This document shows positions 21,488-31,052 of a DNA stretch of 32,000 nucleotides, one piece after another. Source of the DNA: Pseudomonas sp. NPDC089554 (GTDB lineage Bacteria; Pseudomonadota; Gammaproteobacteria; Pseudomonadales; Pseudomonadaceae); the NCBI RefSeq assembly GCF_050280645.1, contig NZ_JBNNVR010000017.1, positions 35,242 through 67,241 on the forward strand, written 5' to 3'. A model generated the notes under the pieces. That model ran no database searches, was not told the DNA's origin, and saw only the letters and a program-made list of their open reading frames with translations. Made by a program: the position numbers and the translations under genes. Position 1 is the stretch's first letter. Each line of letters starts with the position of its first letter.

Positions 21488-23257
21488 TTATGGAGTTTCC
21501 CAAAGCGCGTCAAGATTGACATCATCACTCGCGGGCCTATGTCCTTCCAGCAGTGGATCTACCTTCAGGATCATCGGCAAATCGAAGGCCGTTCCAGTGA
21601 GTACGCAGCATCCTTTGGCTAAGGTAGGTATCAACGATTTGGACGAGGTGTCCAATGTACTGATCGTATTATCGAGCAACATCAAGTCACGCTCATTGAC
21701 CAAACGATGAATGAAGAAATTGTGAATCTGAGAGACGATAGTGGGTGAAATGTCCGCAGGCCGTTGGCTGGAGAGCGTCAGGTACACACCATATTTTCGT
21801 CCTTCCTTGATGATTTCCTCAAACAGCTCCAACCGATAATCCTTCCAGATTTCATGCTCTCGAGTAGATTGTTCGGAGAGAATGTTATGTGCCTCATCAA
21901 TGATCAGGTGCAGGGTTTTCGTCGGAGGGCTGTTCAGCCCTTCCGCTTCCTTGTGGTTCACATAAAAACTCTTGGCAATAAGCATCGGTAGAATTTTCTT
22001 CACATCGTTCTTGCATTTTTTAAGCGAAATGACATGCAACAGATCAGGTGGCGGTGCGTCATCGACGATGTGCAGCACATTACGCAATCCCGATAGAGAA
22101 GATCTCGCCCTGGCCAATACGGGCTGGATATGCTCGTATTGCGCGTAGCCCATCACGACATCGTTGGAGAGCTGTAGATAACACCGCAAAAGTAGCTCAT
22201 CGAATTGATCCAGCGCCTCCAGCTTCACATGCTCAGCTAGGAACGGCTGTAAAAAGGCAGCAAATGCCTGCCCATCAGAATCGTAGTAATGGCCTTCCAG
22301 CGCTCTAAAATACTTATACTGTGCATGGTATTTGACCCCGGCCAAATGGTATTGAAGCGCTTCCGAGTCGACAATTCGGGCGACCTCGCGGGTCAGCTCC
22401 AGCGCTTCCGGTTTAGGCTCTGCGGCAGCAAATACCCGCTCAAAGGTTTTGACCAAGAAATGCGCGAGCGGAATGTCTTTAAACTTCTCCCGCCCCGATA
22501 GTACCCGCCGCAGAAACGGTGCCTGCGTGTTGGTGGTGGCCTGGAACAGCAGGCTGAGGGTTTCCGCGTCCCAGAAGTGAGCGCTTTCCAATGTGAATCT
22601 CTGCGCACCCTTCTTGGAATCTAGAATGGTCACCTTTTTATCTGCGGTCGCCAGGATCTGGCCACCCGTGTACTCACCATTGAAATCAATGATGACAAAC
22701 TGACTCTTGCCCTTTAACCCCTCAAGCTTTTCCCGAAACAACGTCGTATAGAGCTTGGCTAGGGTGTTCGACTTCCCACTGCCCGTGTTCCCAAAAATGC
22801 CCAGATGGCTGTTAAAGAGGCGCGTCCAGGGGAGACTGATGGGGACGTTTTCCTTGAGCATCGCACCGATGGTAAAGCTGGCCCCATCATTCACACCGTA
22901 GATCTTTCCGACCATTTCCTCACTGAGCAAGGAGGCGCGGTCCCGGATCATCGGCATGTACTTCACGCCCTCATAGAACTGATGATTGGCGACGTAACCG
23001 ATAGGCCTGACATCCACTTTCCTGACGTACACGGTGTTTTCGGCGGTTTCGTCCAGCTTTCGCTCATCCAGGTATTCGCCTTCGACCAGACAGACGATAT
23101 CGATAAATCCACGCTGGATCAGCAAGTGCTCCCGGATGGAGACCCCTCGGTACTTCACCCCATCGTGAAAGAGGGTCTCCTGGTTGGAGTCCTCGAATAT
23201 CCTGAGGGTGATCCTGACGCCGCTGACCGCGATAACCTCACCGACCGAGATAGCCAT
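21488..23257 (-). CDS. herA: HerA-like ATPase (DUF87/FtsK-HerA superfamily) of a SIR2-HerA defence system
   Basis: An N-terminal HAS-barrel-like 'ISVGEVIAVSGVRITLRI', Walker A 'GIFGNTGSGKSNT' (22769-22792) and Walker B 'LHLIIDEAHNIL'. It is 589 aa and forms a TGATG overlap with the upstream SIR2 gene. Confidence 0.85.
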   Translation of the reverse strand: MAISVGEVIAVSGVRITLRIFEDSNQETLFHDGVKYRGVSIREHLLIQRGFIDIVCLVEGEYLDERKLDETAENTVYVRKVDVRPIGYVANHQFYEGVKYMPMIRDRASLLSEEMVGKIYGVNDGASFTIGAMLKENVPISLPWTRLFNSHLGIFGNTGSGKSNTLAKLYTTLFREKLEGLKGKSQFVIIDFNGEYTGGQILATADKKVTILDSKKGAQRFTLESAHFWDAETLSLLFQATTNTQAPFLRRVLSGREKFKDIPLAHFLVKTFERVFAAAEPKPEALELTREVARIVDSEALQYHLAGVKYHAQYKYFRALEGHYYDSDGQAFAAFLQPFLAEHVKLEALDQFDELLLRCYLQLSNDVVMGYAQYEHIQPVLARARSSLSGLRNVLHIVDDAPPPDLLHVISLKKCKNDVKKILPMLIAKSFYVNHKEAEGLNSPPTKTLHLIIDEAHNILSEQSTREHEIWKDYRLELFEEIIKEGRKYGVYLTLSSQRPADISPTIVSQIHNFFIHRLVNERDLMLLDNTISTLDTSSKSLIPTLAKGCCVLTGTAFDLPMILKVDPLLEGHRPASDDVNLDALWETP

Positions 23258-24387
23258 CAGTGGGCCTCCCCAGGCTCGTAGGGCTGCGGGCTGAGCGAAA
23301 GGACATGCTTGTTGAAATGGGAAAAATTCAGGTTCGCCCCTTCGGGCGGGCCAATGACCTTCACGTTTCTCCAGGCGCCAAATTCGTCGCGCATTTTCCG
23401 CGCGCCCCCTTGGCTATAGGCACAAACAAACGTCTGGAGCTTGGGGTTTGACAGCGAGCGCTGGACAAGCTTGAGGATGTGCTCGTCCGCAAAGGAGAAT
23501 CCGAAAGTGATCAGGATCGAGTTAGGTCGCTCCAGCTCGTAGCTGAGCAGCCTGAGCATTTGATAGTAGTGCTCTTCAAAAACCGTCTCGTGAAACTTCC
23601 ATTTGGTAGGGTTAACGATGGGCAGCTTGTTATATTCGTACCAGAATTTTTCCATCTGATTAGGTGTAAGCTTCACCAACGGAACCTCGTCAGTGACACC
23701 ACCTTTGGTAACTAAGTACTTTGAAAACTCTGAAATCTTATTTTCGACATGCGGGGTGAGCATTTTTTTGAAATCATTCGTGTAGTTCACCTCAATCTTG
23801 TCACCACTCTTCGCCCAGTAGACCGAGCCATGCAGGTGAATAATGTTCAACTGCGGGACGCCGTAGGCAGCACGCTCGAACACCCCAGTCTGGCATTGAA
23901 AAGTGTTGAAATTCCTAGCGTGCAAATGCTTCTTGTAAAACCCTGACGTCCCATCGTTCACAACAAATTCGTGCACCCCTTTCACCAGTAAGCGATCAGC
24001 CGCGTGCGTCAGGCAGCCATCATAATTGGTGGTGAAGATGTTGATTTTGCGATTGGCATCCTTTCTTCGGTCTAGGAACCCCAATAACGTATGCAAAAGC
24101 ACTTCGTAGTGTTGAAGATTCTCCAGCCCCTCAGGCGTGGTAATCGCGGCCGGAGTAAAAGTCTGTACCGGGTGGATGCACGTGTTGTAGTAGTGCATGA
24201 ACAGCGCCGCGTTTTTTTCGGGGCGAAGTGCGTACTTGGTCGATAGGGTTTCAATCGTCTCCCAGTTGCCTTGCGCATCCCGAATCTGCAACCCCAGGGT
24301 GGGAAACAGATCCGCCGACGCACCCGAGCCGATCAGGATATTAACGTTTTTGTTGTAGATATCCAGTGCTTCTATGGGCTCAAACAT
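23257..24387 (-). CDS. SIR2-family (SIR2_2-like) NADase effector of a SIR2-HerA defence system
   Basis: ATG 24387 is preceded by AGGAGG. 'ILIGSGAS', 'FTTNYDG' and 'IIHLHGSVYW' are the three conserved SIR2_2 motifs, including the catalytic-region His. It is directly coupled to herA. Confidence 0.85.
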   Translation of the reverse strand: MFEPIEALDIYNKNVNILIGSGASADLFPTLGLQIRDAQGNWETIETLSTKYALRPEKNAALFMHYYNTCIHPVQTFTPAAITTPEGLENLQHYEVLLHTLLGFLDRRKDANRKINIFTTNYDGCLTHAADRLLVKGVHEFVVNDGTSGFYKKHLHARNFNTFQCQTGVFERAAYGVPQLNIIHLHGSVYWAKSGDKIEVNYTNDFKKMLTPHVENKISEFSKYLVTKGGVTDEVPLVKLTPNQMEKFWYEYNKLPIVNPTKWKFHETVFEEHYYQMLRLLSYELERPNSILITFGFSFADEHILKLVQRSLSNPKLQTFVCAYSQGGARKMRDEFGAWRNVKVIGPPEGANLNFSHFNKHVLSLSPQPYEPGEAH

Positions 24388-24752
24388 TCAACCTCCTGTC
24401 TCTAGGCCTATCGCCTTGTCCTGTACGGCGCCTTTCACGAGAGTTTTTCGATACGCCTGCCCAGCAAGCTACTGTTTTGCCACCATGGTGTCTACTCATG
24501 GCCTGTAGACTTTCTCATTGCACGACTCCCCCCGCACCCTTAGTAACCAGGCAGGCATATGACTACCTAGTCGAGTAAGGCTGAGACGGGCGGCGCTAGA
24601 CATTCTGGGGTCGTGCCGTTTCGGCAGTTGTCCAAACCTGGTGGAACACATCGTACTCCAGCAGTGCCAACCCAGCATGTCGATACCTGCCCAAACGGTT
24701 ACACTCGAATAGGGCAAGGTGCCATCAATCAGTTTTTGCTACGGATACCCGC

Positions 24753-27700
24753 ATGGATTACTCACGCATCAGGGGCATGGAATCAGGACAGCGCCTCGCT
24801 TTCGAAGAACTCATTTGCCAGCTGGCTCACCTTGACCGGCCAGCCGCTGACGCCGAATTCAGGCGAATTGAAGGTGCAGGGGGAGACGGCGGGATCGAGG
24901 CCTACTGGTTGCTCAAAGACACAAGCGAAATCGGCTACCAGGCGAAATACTATTTAAAGTCCAGCGAGATTGATTGGGCCAATATTGACGAGTCAGTTAA
25001 ACAAGCTCTCGCGACTCATCCTTCTCTGACAAAGTATGTTATTGCCATTCCATGCGACCTTACTGATAAGACAGGTCGAAAAGGCGGAGGCATGACCGGA
25101 TGGGAGCACTGGGCAACGCACAAGGCTAAGTGGGAAGGCCTTGTTCCTGCGGGAAAACAAGTAGAATTTGTTCCCTGGACAGCCTCCACCATCACTGAGC
25201 GGCTGATACGACCGAACGCTGAAGGGCTTCGTAATTTTTGGTTTGGCGATGTTGAGCTTTCGGAATGTTGGTTCAGAGAAAAGATTGAGCTGTCAGTTAA
25301 GTCTTTGGAAGAGCGCTATCATCCCGAGGATCACGTAGAAGTACGAATCGAAAAGCTATTCAGAGTAGCGCTTCATGATAAAGGCATAGCCTCTGAGATC
25401 CGGGATCAAATAGCCAAGCTCTGTGACGCGATTAGCCTGGAAAAGGTTGAGAAAACTCTAGGCGAAAAAGCAATCCCCATAACTAATATCATCCGCGACG
25501 CAGCTAAAATCCTAGAGAGATTAGCGCTAGACATAACAATAGACCCATGGCGCCCATGGCCTATTGCAGAATGCACAGAATCCGCCACTGAAATCAGTAA
25601 ACAACTGTCACAGTTGTGGTCTGCCAAGTGGGAAGCTGACGAAACCAGAGCAAAGCCCAAAAACGCGCATGACCAAGATTCGAACGACTTAGAATACAGA
25701 CTCGGCAGAATTGGCGGTGAAGCCGACTCTCTGCTCTCGTTACTTGGAAACCAGTATTTTGACGGAGAAAAATCACGAACTATCTTCTTATACGGCAGAG
25801 CGGGAACGGGCAAATCTCACCTATTGGGGAGTGTTGCGCAACGGGCCGTATCGGAGGGAAGAAGTGCAATATTGATCTTGGGGCAGCATCTTAGCAGTGG
25901 CAACCTCTGGAAACAGATCACGTCGAGGCTAGAGCTAGGCGATATCACCTCTGACGTCTTCCTTAAAACTCTAAGCGCTGCGTGCGAGGCTACTGGTAAA
26001 CGAGGCTTACTATTAGTCGACGCCATAAATGAAGGGGCTGGCCGGAGGCTCTGGAATGGTGAGCTGGCAGAGTTTATCACCAAAATTGAAAAGTACCGTA
26101 ACTTGGTACTGGTAATCAGCTGCCGAACTGAGTACACGAAGAATATAATCCCAGAGCCGGTGCTCGACAGGTTACCCTCATTTGAAGTCCGAGGTTTTGA
26201 GACGGCTGGCGAGCAAGCAAGGGCAGCCCGAATTTATCTTAGCAAGCGTGGAATATCTCAGCCAAACAGCCCCTGGCTATCTGAAGAATTTGTAAATCCG
26301 CTCTTTCTTAGAAGTGCATGTATCGCCCTTCAAAAAGACAAAAAAACTTCATTCCCACAAGGGCTAAATGGAACTAGAGACGTATTTATATTCTATCTAA
26401 AAAGCATCGCTAGAAATTTAGGGGTAGGCCAGGACGGCACCGATACTCTAGTACCGCCTACTATCCAAGCTCTGGGCGCAATAGCTTTGGACATGGCGGA
26501 CAAACGCCGTGACTACGTTCCTAAGAGCCAATCCATACAAATCGTAGGGCAGAGATTTGAGGGTCATCCTGCGCCAGCAGGCACAAACTGGCTTGAAGTG
26601 CTTCAGCGCAATGGATTGTTCAGGGTAGACCCAGGCCAAAAAAGTGACAATGGCAACCTATTTGATTACCCAGAAGACATCATCCGATTCAGCTTTCAGA
26701 GGTTGCAGGATCATCTGATGGCTGACGCCCTACTCAAAGAGGTTCAAGACCCGTCAAGAGCCCTTGAGAATGGCTGTCTCAGCTTTATTCATGATGGCGA
26801 GCAACTCGATTGGGAGTGGACTGGCCTGGTTGAAGCTCTTTCTATACAGCTGCCTGAGCGTTTTAACAGAGAACTACTAGATTTATTGCCTGGCGACATC
26901 AATACCTGGGCAAACGATTATGAAGTTCGCGAATCTTTTATTGAGAGCCTAAAGTGGCGCAACAGTAGTGCTTTCACGGAGCGAACCTTCGAAATATACG
27001 AAGCACTCCAGAACCATTTCAACAATTACTTCGACGTCATTATTCAACTCAGCACCATTCCCGACCACCCTTTTAACGCACTGTTCATTCATAAAAAGCT
27101 GCTCTGCATGAAGATGGCTGAGCGCGATTCATTCTGGACTCGCCAGATCAACGATCTCTCTCTCGACGAGGGAAGTATCTCCCGACGTTTGATTGATTGG
27201 AGCGCACTTGAACAAAGTGAGGATGCGGCCCCCGAGATTCAGTATCTCTGTGCTATTACCCTGACCTGGTTCACCTCTAGCACATGTAGGGAGCTTCGGG
27301 ACAAAGCAACGAAGGCACTCACCTCGTTGCTACGTCACAACCTGAGCCTCTACAAAGAACTGAGTGAGGCCTTCCAGACCGTTGATGACCTTTACATCGT
27401 TGAGCGCCTACACACCGCCGCTTACGGTGCCTGCTGTATAGACCCAAGCAAAGAACGATTGCCGATGTTCGCAGAGGTTGCCTACCGATCCGTGTTTGAT
27501 CGTGATGAGGTGCCCCTGTCAATACATCTTAGAGACTCAGCACTTGGAATTATCGAGCTTGCCAAATTCCACGAGTGCCTACCTGATAGCATCGACATCC
27601 AGCATGCCCGTCCGCCCTACCGGACGAAACCAATTCGACTCACTGTCACGGAAGAATCTCTCAAAAAAGTCGTCGAAAAGGCTGGTGATTCACAAATCAG

Positions 27701-29303
27701 TCGCTCCTGTACTGGATGGATTGGGGATTTCGCCAACTATGAGATTCAACCTCGGATCGGTTCATTCCTGAACATTTCGCTGAGGAAGCCTGAACCGCTT
27801 TCGGCGGATGAGTTGTATGAGCGTTTTGAAGAAGAGGTGATCAATCACTGCCAGGAGAGATCCGAGATTCTCCGTATGATGCACTCCTTCAGGGAAAATC
27901 CATTCAAGATGCTCCTAGGACATGAAGACACTGAAGAATCTGAAGAATCTGAAGAAAATAAGACATTATTCAAGCGGTCCGAAGCTCTACTTCTCTTACT
28001 GCTGAACCCGGCTGAGAAGCGGAGATACACCAAGGAATACAAGCCGCGCTTTGACGCCTCAACGGGTCGACACGACAGACAGCCACACGTAGACGTCAAA
28101 GCTGCTCAGTTCTGGGTCGCGAAACGGGCTTATGGTTATGGTTGGACAGCCGAGCGTTTCCCTCATGACCAAAGCTTCCGGCATCAACATGGCCGCGAGC
28201 GCCCCGCTGGTGAGCGAATAGGCAAGAAGTACCAGTGGCTAGCTCTCGACGAGCTTCTGTGCAGCCTTGCAGACAACAATTGGATGTCTGAGACGGCCTA
28301 CCATGGATCTCGTCAGTATTCAGGCCCGCTAGATATAGGGTTTCATCGAGACATCGATCCCACCATTTTGCTTCCGGACGAGGCTCGGCCCGCTCCAAAG
28401 CTCTCAATCCCCAAGCATGAAATCTCCATGAGGGATACATCTGAAGCCGAGCTGAGCAAATGGCCGTTCGAGGAAGACCCTTCTGTGAACATGAAGAATC
28501 TCACAGCCAGGGTGGATTCCGAAGGACGCAGATGGGTTGTTCTCAATGAGCATCGCTCTGTATCCGAATACTACAAGGACAAAGCTAAACGTGAGCACGG
28601 ACTCAGAAAACAGGAGTGGCGGTTCCTTCTGCCAATAATCGTGAGACAGAAAGATGAGAAAAGACTCATCGAATACCTGCTTGCCAAGCACGACATTGAG
28701 GTCAATGACTGGTCAACTCGGGGCTCCACCGGCTCCGCTTTCTTACTCGAGGCGCCGTGGCGTTCTGTGTGGGATCAGGAGCAGTGGTCGCTGATGGAGT
28801 TCCGCGACATCGGCGAGGTTGAGATCGCCTATCCCTGCTATCGGTATTACTGGGAGTCGCACTGTGACGCATCCCTGCCTGATGGAGCTGAAGCGTTGCT
28901 GCCGGCCCCTTGGCTAGCTCACCGGCTTGGCCTCAAAGTCGATGCTGACAATCCCAACGTCTATTTGGACAGCACAGGCACGCCTTGCTTCGTGAGCGGC
29001 AAAAGCCGAGATGATGGTTCGCACGCATTCATCGATGAAAAACTTTTCGACGCCTTCCTCAAAGAGGACGGCCTCTCCTGCGTCTGGGTGTTTGTAGCCG
29101 AACGAGGTGCTTGGCCCGGAGGTGGTAATTGGCACGCATCCTGGCGCCGCTCCGAAGGCTTTGTATGGCAGAAAAAGGGAAAACCTCAAATGCACCATTG
29201 GAACGACGATACCGACAAGGGTGAGTCGCGCGATTCATCAAGCCCCGGCCTCGTGCGGACTGTCAGCGCACCTATTGATGAACCCAACGACTGCAGATCA
29301 TAG
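24753..29303 (+). CDS. 1,516-aa protein: N-terminal Mrr-like nuclease motif, then a STAND/NACHT-like P-loop NTPase, then a long C-terminal region of about 1,050 aa (Avs/bNACHT-like candidate)
   Basis: A single uninterrupted ORF. 'GAGGDGGIEAYW...GYQAKYY' (D45...Q63-x-K65), Walker A 'LYGRAGTGKSH' (25794-25817), Walker B 'LLLVDAINEG' (26007-26036), then 'LVLVISCR'. There is no clear SD at ATG 24753, so the start could be ATG 24777. Confidence 0.8.
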   Translation: MDYSRIRGMESGQRLAFEELICQLAHLDRPAADAEFRRIEGAGGDGGIEAYWLLKDTSEIGYQAKYYLKSSEIDWANIDESVKQALATHPSLTKYVIAIPCDLTDKTGRKGGGMTGWEHWATHKAKWEGLVPAGKQVEFVPWTASTITERLIRPNAEGLRNFWFGDVELSECWFREKIELSVKSLEERYHPEDHVEVRIEKLFRVALHDKGIASEIRDQIAKLCDAISLEKVEKTLGEKAIPITNIIRDAAKILERLALDITIDPWRPWPIAECTESATEISKQLSQLWSAKWEADETRAKPKNAHDQDSNDLEYRLGRIGGEADSLLSLLGNQYFDGEKSRTIFLYGRAGTGKSHLLGSVAQRAVSEGRSAILILGQHLSSGNLWKQITSRLELGDITSDVFLKTLSAACEATGKRGLLLVDAINEGAGRRLWNGELAEFITKIEKYRNLVLVISCRTEYTKNIIPEPVLDRLPSFEVRGFETAGEQARAARIYLSKRGISQPNSPWLSEEFVNPLFLRSACIALQKDKKTSFPQGLNGTRDVFIFYLKSIARNLGVGQDGTDTLVPPTIQALGAIALDMADKRRDYVPKSQSIQIVGQRFEGHPAPAGTNWLEVLQRNGLFRVDPGQKSDNGNLFDYPEDIIRFSFQRLQDHLMADALLKEVQDPSRALENGCLSFIHDGEQLDWEWTGLVEALSIQLPERFNRELLDLLPGDINTWANDYEVRESFIESLKWRNSSAFTERTFEIYEALQNHFNNYFDVIIQLSTIPDHPFNALFIHKKLLCMKMAERDSFWTRQINDLSLDEGSISRRLIDWSALEQSEDAAPEIQYLCAITLTWFTSSTCRELRDKATKALTSLLRHNLSLYKELSEAFQTVDDLYIVERLHTAAYGACCIDPSKERLPMFAEVAYRSVFDRDEVPLSIHLRDSALGIIELAKFHECLPDSIDIQHARPPYRTKPIRLTVTEESLKKVVEKAGDSQISRSCTGWIGDFANYEIQPRIGSFLNISLRKPEPLSADELYERFEEEVINHCQERSEILRMMHSFRENPFKMLLGHEDTEESEESEENKTLFKRSEALLLLLLNPAEKRRYTKEYKPRFDASTGRHDRQPHVDVKAAQFWVAKRAYGYGWTAERFPHDQSFRHQHGRERPAGERIGKKYQWLALDELLCSLADNNWMSETAYHGSRQYSGPLDIGFHRDIDPTILLPDEARPAPKLSIPKHEISMRDTSEAELSKWPFEEDPSVNMKNLTARVDSEGRRWVVLNEHRSVSEYYKDKAKREHGLRKQEWRFLLPIIVRQKDEKRLIEYLLAKHDIEVNDWSTRGSTGSAFLLEAPWRSVWDQEQWSLMEFRDIGEVEIAYPCYRYYWESHCDASLPDGAEALLPAPWLAHRLGLKVDADNPNVYLDSTGTPCFVSGKSRDDGSHAFIDEKLFDAFLKEDGLSCVWVFVAERGAWPGGGNWHASWRRSEGFVWQKKGKPQMHHWNDDTDKGESRDSSSPGLVRTVSAPIDEPNDCRS

Positions 29304-29317
29304 GACGAGGAAAGCGC

Positions 29318-30838
29318 ATGTCGAAGAAGAAGAAAAAAACGCATCATAGCGGTCGAAACACAACGCCGCTTTCCGGGCATAAAAGGGTAGGCAAGGCGCT
29401 GGTGCCTCCATTCATGCAAATACCGGGCATCAGCTTCGCTTCATGGTCTAACGACCGACTACCAGAAATGCTCTGGGCTTGTCTCATCATCACTGTCGTC
29501 CCTCGAGAAACGGCTTTGGAGCTGTTCCGGAAGATCGCCTCAATTGGCGTGCGCTACCGAAGGCCACCAGAGGAGAACGGCAGCGGGTGGACACTCAGGC
29601 ACTCCGATCTCCAAAACCAACCCCGAGAGCTCGTAGAAGAAATTGTTGCCGTCGTGCGTCAGTCCCATACGGGTATACAGGCACTGCGCCCGTTACTCCT
29701 GCTTGAAGGCCTACCAGCACATCAGTGGTGGAAAGCTGCCTTAGCAGTTGAGCCTAACGAAAACGATTGGCAAACCCTCGGGAAAGCCGTGCAAACCACA
29801 TTCGAGCATCAATCGCAGGAAGCCACGGACGTCCGTTGGGTCAGCATACTTTTCAGAATGGCGCTGGGCGAAATCCACATGCCAGAGGAAGAGTGGTACG
29901 AGTTCACGGATTACCCCTACAGAGGGGATATGCGATCGGTTAGGCCGTCCATCCGCGCGATGGAAATGACCTTTGCCGACGCGGTTCTCCATCCATGGCC
30001 GAATCTATTTTGGGAGTACGTTCTGCAGCACACCACCTGCGTGGCTGCCCCACTCGACTCAAGAGAGGGCGAGTCCCATCCAGAGGACATTCAAAAGCAT
30101 CTCATTGTAGTCCGAGAGGCTCTACTCGAACACTGGTATAAATCTCTTAGCACCACTGGTCTAAATCCCAAACACGACGGCGTGTTCGGCTTCGGGTTCT
30201 ACGCACTGGCCTGCCTAGCCGAGATGAGCATGGGACCACTGAGTTCCGCGATCACTGGCCGACTACTGCTCCGCTCGCTCACAGAATGCCGGATATCCCT
30301 GGCCTACCTCGTTCGAAACGGCACCGACGAGATGTGGAAAAAGTTTCGCTCATACGGTGCCGGCCAGGCCAAGTTGGCACTGCTGAAGCACGAGGAAATG
30401 TCGGGCCAAAAGCCTCGGTTCGTTACCCAAGCAACGCTCGAGGCGCTGGCGAACGAAGACTATTTCCAGGAATACGTGGAAATTGACCTGGGCCACTGGT
30501 GCGGGAAAGACCTTCGACGGCTGGCGGAGGAGTCGGGCACGAAAGAGGACTATGACCGCTACTACGGCTGGGCCTCCGGATTTGTCCACGGCCAATGGGG
30601 AGCAATGCGGGACACCAACTTCACTCACTGCCTGAATCCTCTGCATCGCTTCCATCGCATCCCACTCCCTTTCCATCGCATGTTGGAGCCCACAACAGAC
30701 GACGCATTGCATCTGGTGAACTGCATACTTGATGACGTAAACACCACTTATCCAGGCTTAGACACTCGCTTCGTTCTTGCGGATGTACCAGCAGGAGACG
30801 AAGAAGAAAATCCAGAAGCTCCTGTGGCGCCAGCTTGA
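29318..30838 (+). CDS. 506-aa hypothetical protein, tightly linked partner of the giant NTPase
   Basis: ATG 29318 lies 14 nt after the upstream TAG and is preceded by GAGGAAAG. It has a Lys-rich N-terminus (MSKKKKKTHH). I can name no catalytic motif. The C-terminal helical region 'LLRSLTECRISLAYLV...YYGWASGFVHGQWGAM' vaguely recalls DUF5677-type domains, with low confidence. Confidence 0.75.
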   Translation: MSKKKKKTHHSGRNTTPLSGHKRVGKALVPPFMQIPGISFASWSNDRLPEMLWACLIITVVPRETALELFRKIASIGVRYRRPPEENGSGWTLRHSDLQNQPRELVEEIVAVVRQSHTGIQALRPLLLLEGLPAHQWWKAALAVEPNENDWQTLGKAVQTTFEHQSQEATDVRWVSILFRMALGEIHMPEEEWYEFTDYPYRGDMRSVRPSIRAMEMTFADAVLHPWPNLFWEYVLQHTTCVAAPLDSREGESHPEDIQKHLIVVREALLEHWYKSLSTTGLNPKHDGVFGFGFYALACLAEMSMGPLSSAITGRLLLRSLTECRISLAYLVRNGTDEMWKKFRSYGAGQAKLALLKHEEMSGQKPRFVTQATLEALANEDYFQEYVEIDLGHWCGKDLRRLAEESGTKEDYDRYYGWASGFVHGQWGAMRDTNFTHCLNPLHRFHRIPLPFHRMLEPTTDDALHLVNCILDDVNTTYPGLDTRFVLADVPAGDEEENPEAPVAPA

Positions 30839-31052
30839 GGCGAAGGGATGGACGACAATCGTGCACGCTTCCGTGTATGAAAGCAGTGCCTATTTGGCTA
30901 CTCATACGGGCAGGTAGCCGAACGCAACGGCTCCCTTCACCTCCGCCTGCAAATGTGTTCTGAACATGCCGCAGCTCCCGACAATGAACACTATAGATTG
31001 TAGTCCTAAAGTGCTCACGCAGGCTTCATCGTTCCTTTTGCGAGGCTGGCAA

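Noticed and set aside
24490-24510. Inverted repeat gtctac-N9-gtagac in the divergent SIR2 / NTPase intergenic region
   Set aside because: The arms are only 6 bp, which is expected by chance in 365 bp. No second copy or conserved context is visible.
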